Source: an uncultured Verrucomicrobiales bacterium (GTDB lineage: Bacteria; Verrucomicrobiota; Verrucomicrobiia; Verrucomicrobiales; DEV007). Taken from it: 11,908 nucleotides of DNA. This document shows positions 8,501 through 11,908 of the stretch, one piece after another (the stretch's first letter is position 1; every line of letters starts with the position of its first letter). Location: assembly GCA_938091905.1 (NCBI GenBank), contig CALKOM010000208.1:1-11908 (forward strand). The letters run 5' to 3'. A model generated the notes under the pieces. The model searched no databases. It saw nothing but the letters and a program-made list of their open reading frames with translations, and was not told the DNA's origin. The position numbers were made by a program, and so were the translations under genes.

Positions 8501-9184
8501 CGCCTCGATCAGGCCGAGCGGTTTGAGGCGACGGAGTTTCGTACGGGCATTCTGCGAAATGATTCGAAAGATGGTACGATAAGGTTTCGCTTTGAACCAC
8601 TACCGTTCGAAGCGCAAGCCACGCCTAACTATGGAGTGACTTTGGTAGACGCAAACGGCGATGGGGCGATCGACATCACGATGGTGGGAAATCACTACAC
8701 GCGTGAGCCCGAGACAGGCCTGTGGCGGGGCACGCTTGGGACGACCTTGTTAGGCGATGGCAAAGGTGGATTCAATGAGGTTGATCTTGGTGAGAGCGGC
8801 TTTGTTGTTGCTGGCGATGGCAAGAGTCTGGCGCAGACGGATCTGAATGCTGATGGTCGCCCAGATTTGGTCGCGTCTCAGAACAGTGATAGGGTTTTAG
8901 TGTTTGTGGGCACTTCGTCGACCCCTGCCGCTCTTTCCGTGCGTCTGCAAGGTAAGCGTGGCAATCTCTGTGCGGTGGGGGCGCGTGTGACGCTGCTTTT
9001 TGAGGATGGCTCAGAGGCTAGACAGGATCTTGCTAGCGGCAGTGGCTACCTCAGTCAGTCGGGGCCGGAGTGTTTCTTTGGCCTGGGCACGAAGAAGCCA
9101 AAGCAGGTGAAAGTGCGTTGGCCGCAGGGAGATGAAACCGTGCATCCCGTAACCAGTGCGCGCTTGCGTGTTTCCCAGCCATGA
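5570..9184 (+). CDS. Secreted FG-GAP/VCBS repeat protein with two ASPIC/UnbV domains (CRTAC1-like), 1204 aa
   Basis: It has a signal peptide (MHLRVAILFLVTLASTQA) and about 14 DxD/NxDGxxD repeats in two groups. ASPIC/UnbV motifs GSRVEL...LHFGLG...VHWPSG and GARVTL...GSGYLSQS...FFGLG...VRWPQG follow each group. Confidence 0.9.
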   Translation: MHLRVAILFLVTLASTQALESLPLLRKTSSGKIGFTSLSAKETGVQFVAPFEADHSLNYLYHSGFACGSVVLGDMNLDGWPDIFLASGPSKNALYLQDAEQPLSFNDNATNLGVDGGNRWGTGSAMVDIDNDGDLDLYVCNYRGTHELYVNQVVPTGKLSFIESAAKFGLDLVNASMTPAFADIDLDGDLDLFMLNNRVERPGGRPTKPPFRNVNGKPEVLPEFAPYYHLSKKGDGQGFSMDTYGQPDRLYRNDKGKFVDVTVKSGIAGIGHGLSATWWDYNLDNYPDLYVGNDFTDPDRLYRNNQDGTFTEVLGETMPYCSWSSMGSASADLNNDGLPDLFSADMAATSHFKQKVNMGDMTQHRVLMETGWPRQVMRNMLYVNTGIHQFKETAFMSGLAQSDWTWAVKLADFDNDGRSDVYLTNGMARNFSDSDIPVTPDMLVGRTEFEIYKDTPPMLEKNLAYHNQGGLLFEDVSSDWALDTLGMSYSAAHGDLDRDGDLDLVVMNLDAPLGIYRNDFPTGNRIVVQLVGSVSNSAGWGSRVELRAGGVTQTRFHHPTTGFQGGDLAELHFGLGDASQADSGTVHWPSGRRSELGMLEAGRRYIVTEPSDGAAQQVLRVSNPLFTERSREVGLRYKHVETLFDDYAVQPLLPGKLSQLGPGMAWGDFDADGDDDVYIGGAAGKSGALFRLDEGKFVRVLGPWAQDSLAEDMGCVWFDADVDGDLDLFVASGGVEHALGSDAMADRLYVNRGKEGFIRDGDALASVGYSSSVVAAADVDRDGDVDLFVGTRSVPGKYPQMPRCRWLRNDGGRFAKMEGPENLGLVTGATWADMNDDGWQDLVVVAEWESPRIFISDGGRGFKDQSEAAGIASLKGWWNGVASGDIDRDGDLDLVLTNVGLNTKYGQASAKKPSLLFYGDMDGMGTAQIIEAKPGDDGMLPIRGRSCSSRAMPFLAEKFTSYRGFASANLVGIYTPKRLDQAERFEATEFRTGILRNDSKDGTIRFRFEPLPFEAQATPNYGVTLVDANGDGAIDITMVGNHYTREPETGLWRGTLGTTLLGDGKGGFNEVDLGESGFVVAGDGKSLAQTDLNADGRPDLVASQNSDRVLVFVGTSSTPAALSVRLQGKRGNLCAVGARVTLLFEDGSEARQDLASGSGYLSQSGPECFFGLGTKKPKQVKVRWPQGDETVHPVTSARLRVSQP

Positions 9185-9888
9185 ATGAACGTTTTCGGGT
9201 GACACGAGCGTTGCTCTGTTTCTTTCTTCTCATGGCGATGCCTTCGGCAATAGCAAAGAATGCGACAGTGGTCTTACTTCACGGTTTGGCTCGCACGTCA
9301 CGTTGCATGGGCAAGATGCAGCGGGCGCTGGAAGCTGAAGGTTATCGAGTTGTCAATGTAGAGTACCCCTCACGTAAGCACCGTGTCGAAGAACTGGCGA
9401 AGCAGGTGCGGGCGTCGATTTTGGCGCAAGTGCCAGAAGGGGAATCCCTCCATTTCGTCACCCACTCGCTAGGAGGCATTCTTGTTCGCTACCTGCAGCA
9501 AACATCACCTCTGCCCAATGCCAAGCGACTGGTCATGCTGAGCCCTCCGAATCACGGTAGCGAAGTGGTCGATAAGCTTCGACGTTGGCCACTGTTCCAT
9601 TGGATCAACGGTCCAGCGGGCGTGCAATTGGGAACAGAGCCAGATGGTTTGGTTCCTAGTCTTGGGCCGCCGACGCTTGAGGTTGGCGTCATTACAGGAG
9701 ATCGGAGCATCAACTGGATTTTATCGCGTTTCATTCCTGGCCCAGACGATGGCAAGGTCTCCATTGAAAGTGCTCGGTTGGAGGGAATGCGAGACTTTCT
9801 CGTCGTTCATGCTTCGCACCCTTACATCATGAAGAAACGGGAGGTCCAGGAATCGACCATTCGTTTCCTGGAAAGCGGAAGTTTCTAA
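9181..9888 (+). CDS. Secreted alpha/beta-fold hydrolase (esterase/lipase family)
   Basis: Oxyanion motif VVLLHGLAR, nucleophile elbow HFVTHSLGG, PPNHGS, Asp in PDDGKV and His in SHPYIM are all present. It has a signal peptide and an ATGA overlap with the upstream gene. Confidence 0.9.
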   Translation: MNERFRVTRALLCFFLLMAMPSAIAKNATVVLLHGLARTSRCMGKMQRALEAEGYRVVNVEYPSRKHRVEELAKQVRASILAQVPEGESLHFVTHSLGGILVRYLQQTSPLPNAKRLVMLSPPNHGSEVVDKLRRWPLFHWINGPAGVQLGTEPDGLVPSLGPPTLEVGVITGDRSINWILSRFIPGPDDGKVSIESARLEGMRDFLVVHASHPYIMKKREVQESTIRFLESGSF

Positions 9889-9898
9889 GAGTCTCCCT

Positions 9899-9934
9899 AA
9901 AACGAAAAACCCCACAAGCCGAAGCTGGTGGGGG
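9899..9934 (-). terminator. Rho-independent terminator with C(UUCG)G tetraloop
   Basis: The minus strand reads CCCCACCAGC-TTCG-GCTTGTGGGG-TTTTTCGTTTT, about 25 nt after the stop of the 69-aa gene. It lies between convergent genes. Confidence 0.85.
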
Positions 9935-9957
9935 CGTTGAAAGTGTTCCTCGCGGAC

Positions 9958-10167
9958 TTATGAAGCCTTTCGCTTTAGGAATGGCAGACCAGTTGCTGGG
10001 CTCTCGATCACCTCGTAGCCTTCTGGTAACTCGTCGCAGGCTCCCTCATCCTTCACTGTTCCCGCAAAGAAATAGAGTCTCGTCTCTTTTCCGTCCTTGC
10101 GCTTGGTAATGCGGGCGTGGAGATGATAGGTCTTTCCGGATCTCTTACCTACTACTCGATAGGCCAT
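9958..10167 (-). CDS. Small basic hypothetical protein, 69 aa
   Basis: It is a clean ATG ORF with an A/C-rich leader and a terminator downstream. The pattern GKTYHLH...LYFFA...LPEGYEVIESPATGLPFLKRK resembles, from memory, an uncharacterised small-protein family. Confidence 0.8.
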   Translation of the reverse strand: MAYRVVGKRSGKTYHLHARITKRKDGKETRLYFFAGTVKDEGACDELPEGYEVIESPATGLPFLKRKAS

Positions 10168-10247
10168 TGATATGTGTTGTGAGAAGACTGGATTCCGGAC
10201 AGTCCAGCCTTTTGTTAGATCCCCCCCCTTGGGTGTAGAGCCAGCCT

Positions 10248-10511
10248 CTAAATGAGACCGGCTTTTTTCAAAGTCTTGTAGGCACCGTTCTTAGAAACGG
10301 TTTTGAGTGCCCGCGCGGTCAGTTTGACCTTCACGTGGCGGCCCAGCTCTGGGACATAGATCCGCTTCGTCCGGAGATTTGGCGAGAAGTCCCGCTTGAC
10401 CGTCTTGACGAGTTGGAGGCCGATGCCGCCCTTCTTCTTGGCAAGACCGCGATGATGAATCTTGCCGCCTTTAGTGACGCGCGCTCCTGTGATACTGCAA
10501 ACTTTAGCCAT
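10248..10511 (-). CDS. rpmB: 50S ribosomal protein L28 (bL28), 87 aa
   Basis: MAKVCSITG...KRDFSPNLRTKRIYVPELGRHVKVKLTARALKTVSKNG is the L28 signature, with the PVC-type RGLAKKKGGIG insertion. The true start is ATG 10511, not 10631 as in the ORF track. Confidence 0.97.
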   Translation of the reverse strand: MAKVCSITGARVTKGGKIHHRGLAKKKGGIGLQLVKTVKRDFSPNLRTKRIYVPELGRHVKVKLTARALKTVSKNGAYKTLKKAGLI

Positions 10512-10554
10512 GGTCTTGAAATAGAAGAGTCCTCGTTGGAATTTCGGGCTTGCA

Positions 10555-10582
10555 GAGTTAGCGGAGATGGCCAAGCCGTCAA
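10555..10582 (-). promoter_or_regulatory. Possible rpmB promoter
   Basis: TTGACG (10582-10577), 16 nt, TAACTC (10560-10555). The -35 match is good and the -10 match is weak. Confidence 0.3.
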
Positions 10583-10668
10583 GCGGCCTTTTAGGCGGAA
10601 TTTGGCCGTTTTCAGGTCCCTGAGCGCCCATTCTTGCGAATTCTTCTGATGCGGGAAAGAATGCCGGT

Positions 10669-11451
10669 ATGGATCTCCTCCCTCATTTGTTTACCCTCCT
10701 CATGCTGGTCCTGCTTCAGGCTGTTCTGGGCTTCGACAACCTACTCTACATCTCCCTAGAATCAAAACGGGCGCCAGCGGATCAACAGAGCCGCGTCCGG
10801 ACGATCGGCATCAGCCTCGCGATCATTCTCAGGATCGTCCTGCTTTTCGTGCTGCTGAAGGTCATCGGATATTTCCAGAATCCGATCTTCGGTTTCAGCG
10901 AAGGTGGCTGGATTGAGGGCAAATTCAGTGGTCACAGCCTGATTGTGCTGCTGGGCGGCGTCTTCATCATCTATACGGCGATGAAGGAGATCTTCCACAT
11001 GATCGCCCTTGAAGAAGCGTCTCAACAGAAGAAGAAGCCAGCGTCGGTTGGCATGACCATCTTCTGGATCGTGCTCATGAACTTGGTGTTCTCATTTGAT
11101 TCGATTCTTTCGGCGATGGCGTTGACGGACAATATTTGGGTCATGAGCATCGCCATTATTATTGGGGGCGTGTTGATGATTGCGCTGTCTGACAAGGTCG
11201 CAGGCTTTCTCCAGAAGAATCGTATGTATGAGGTGTTAGGATTGTTTATTCTTTTTGTTGTTGGTATTATGCTAGTTTCGGAAGGTGCCCACCTAGCGCA
11301 TCTTAAATTCTTCTCTCAAGAAATCACGCCGATGAGCAAAGCGACCTTCTACTTCGTCATTGCGGTGTTGGTGATCACCGATTTTGTCCAGGGTCGCTAC
11401 CAGAAGAAGCTGCTCGCCGCGAAGGAAGCGAGTGCGAAAGCGCTTGTTTAG
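10669..11451 (+). CDS. TerC family integral membrane protein
   Basis: Multiple hydrophobic helices with TerC motifs LQAVLGFDNLLYI, GISLAIILRIVLL, GGVFIIYTAMKEI, NLVFSFDSILSA and LFILFVVGIMLVSEG. Confidence 0.92.
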   Translation: MDLLPHLFTLLMLVLLQAVLGFDNLLYISLESKRAPADQQSRVRTIGISLAIILRIVLLFVLLKVIGYFQNPIFGFSEGGWIEGKFSGHSLIVLLGGVFIIYTAMKEIFHMIALEEASQQKKKPASVGMTIFWIVLMNLVFSFDSILSAMALTDNIWVMSIAIIIGGVLMIALSDKVAGFLQKNRMYEVLGLFILFVVGIMLVSEGAHLAHLKFFSQEITPMSKATFYFVIAVLVITDFVQGRYQKKLLAAKEASAKALV

Positions 11452-11908
11452 GGCGAGACCGAAAGGGTGAGACGTACTCGCAAGTAAACTTGAGAAGCAG
11501 GACGATCGATACGTAGGCGAAGCTCTGTTTCTGTCTGGATGGTGTCTTGAGGGGTGAGGACCGTCCAGTTGATCAGATTGCTACTTTGTTCCAATATCCA
11601 GGTGATATCCGGATCGTCCGTGGTGAAGGGTACGATGAGTTCGATCTGATTGTCAGACGCTTTGCTGATGAGGCTAGCTGCTTGAGATGTCTTGGCCAAA
11701 GGATCTGTTCCATGAGCATACTCGATAAGATTGGCGACACCATCGTCGTCGGGATCGTCGGTAGGAAAAGCGAATGCAGGATCTGTGAATTGATTGGCCT
11801 GCCATTGCTCGAATGCGGTGAGGTCTCTTTCGAAGAGAGCGCTTGGCTGGAGGTTACTCGTGATCTGAACGGTGAACGGAACGGCGGTGCCGTCGAGCGA
11901 GCCGCCCC
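11448..11908 (-). CDS. 3' end of a probable secreted protein with a bacterial TSP3-like Ca-binding motif and Verrucomicrobia-type C-terminal domain (partial)
   Basis: The frame is open from the window edge (11906) and reads GGSLDGTAVPFTVQITSNLQPSALFERDLTAFEQWQANQFTDPAFAFPTDDPDDDGVANLIEYAHGTDPL...WILEQSSNLINW...YLRVRLTLSVSP*. The 83-aa ORF-track call is only its tail. Confidence 0.8.
   Translation of the reverse strand, partial: GGSLDGTAVPFTVQITSNLQPSALFERDLTAFEQWQANQFTDPAFAFPTDDPDDDGVANLIEYAHGTDPLAKTSQAASLISKASDNQIELIVPFTTDDPDITWILEQSSNLINWTVLTPQDTIQTETELRLRIDRPASQVYLRVRLTLSVSP

Noticed and set aside
10189..10212. Hairpin between rpmB and the 69-aa gene as a terminator
   Set aside because: The stem is about 7 bp with a large loop and no good U-tract on the coding (minus) strand.
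10221..10228. C8 homopolymer as a phase-variation tract
   Set aside because: It is short and intergenic, and it is not flanked by convincing -35/-10 elements.
10512..10631. 40-aa N-terminal extension of L28 in the ORF track
   Set aside because: L28 homology starts at MAKVC (10511). The extension covers the divergent promoter region.
10629..10663. CATTCTT/AAGAATG inverted repeat before the TerC start
   Set aside because: The arms are only 7 bp with a 21-nt gap. It overlaps the putative promoter and could be an operator, but nothing else supports that.
10512..10668. yybP-ykoY Mn riboswitch upstream of the TerC gene
   Set aside because: I see no recognisable yybP-ykoY consensus. The region is short, shared with the rpmB promoter, and the gene looks leaderless. 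An Infernal/Rfam scan would settle it.
698..11025. Many short alternative-frame and antisense ORFs (for example 1794-2276, 4841-5143, 7485-8039, 10335-10649)
   Set aside because: They overlap well-supported genes and show no recognisable motifs, so they are treated as shadow ORFs.

Overview
Bacterial chromosomal window, most likely PVC superphylum and probably Verrucomicrobiota (inferred from the PVC-type L28 insertion and a Verrucomicrobia-style C-terminal domain on the last gene). The left end holds a degenerate IS3-family element on the minus strand (left inverted repeat, OrfA with an internal stop, A6G frameshift site, start of OrfB) that the ORF track misses. It is inserted into a DUF58 gene. 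The next gene (BatA/vWA membrane protein) is split by an exact 50-bp tandem duplication, so this MoxR-type operon appears to be decaying. Next come apparently intact genes: a secreted jelly-roll plus transglutaminase-like protein, a small Ala/Thr-rich lipoprotein, a 1204-aa double FG-GAP/ASPIC-UnbV protein coupled to a secreted alpha/beta hydrolase, rpmB (L28) followed by a 69-aa basic protein and a UUCG terminator, a TerC-family membrane protein, and the 3' end of a probable secreted protein. I cannot support a complete novel system here. The best leads are the IS3/duplication-driven operon decay, three genes with leaderless-type promoter geometry, the small protein downstream of rpmB, and the transglutaminase-like protein.
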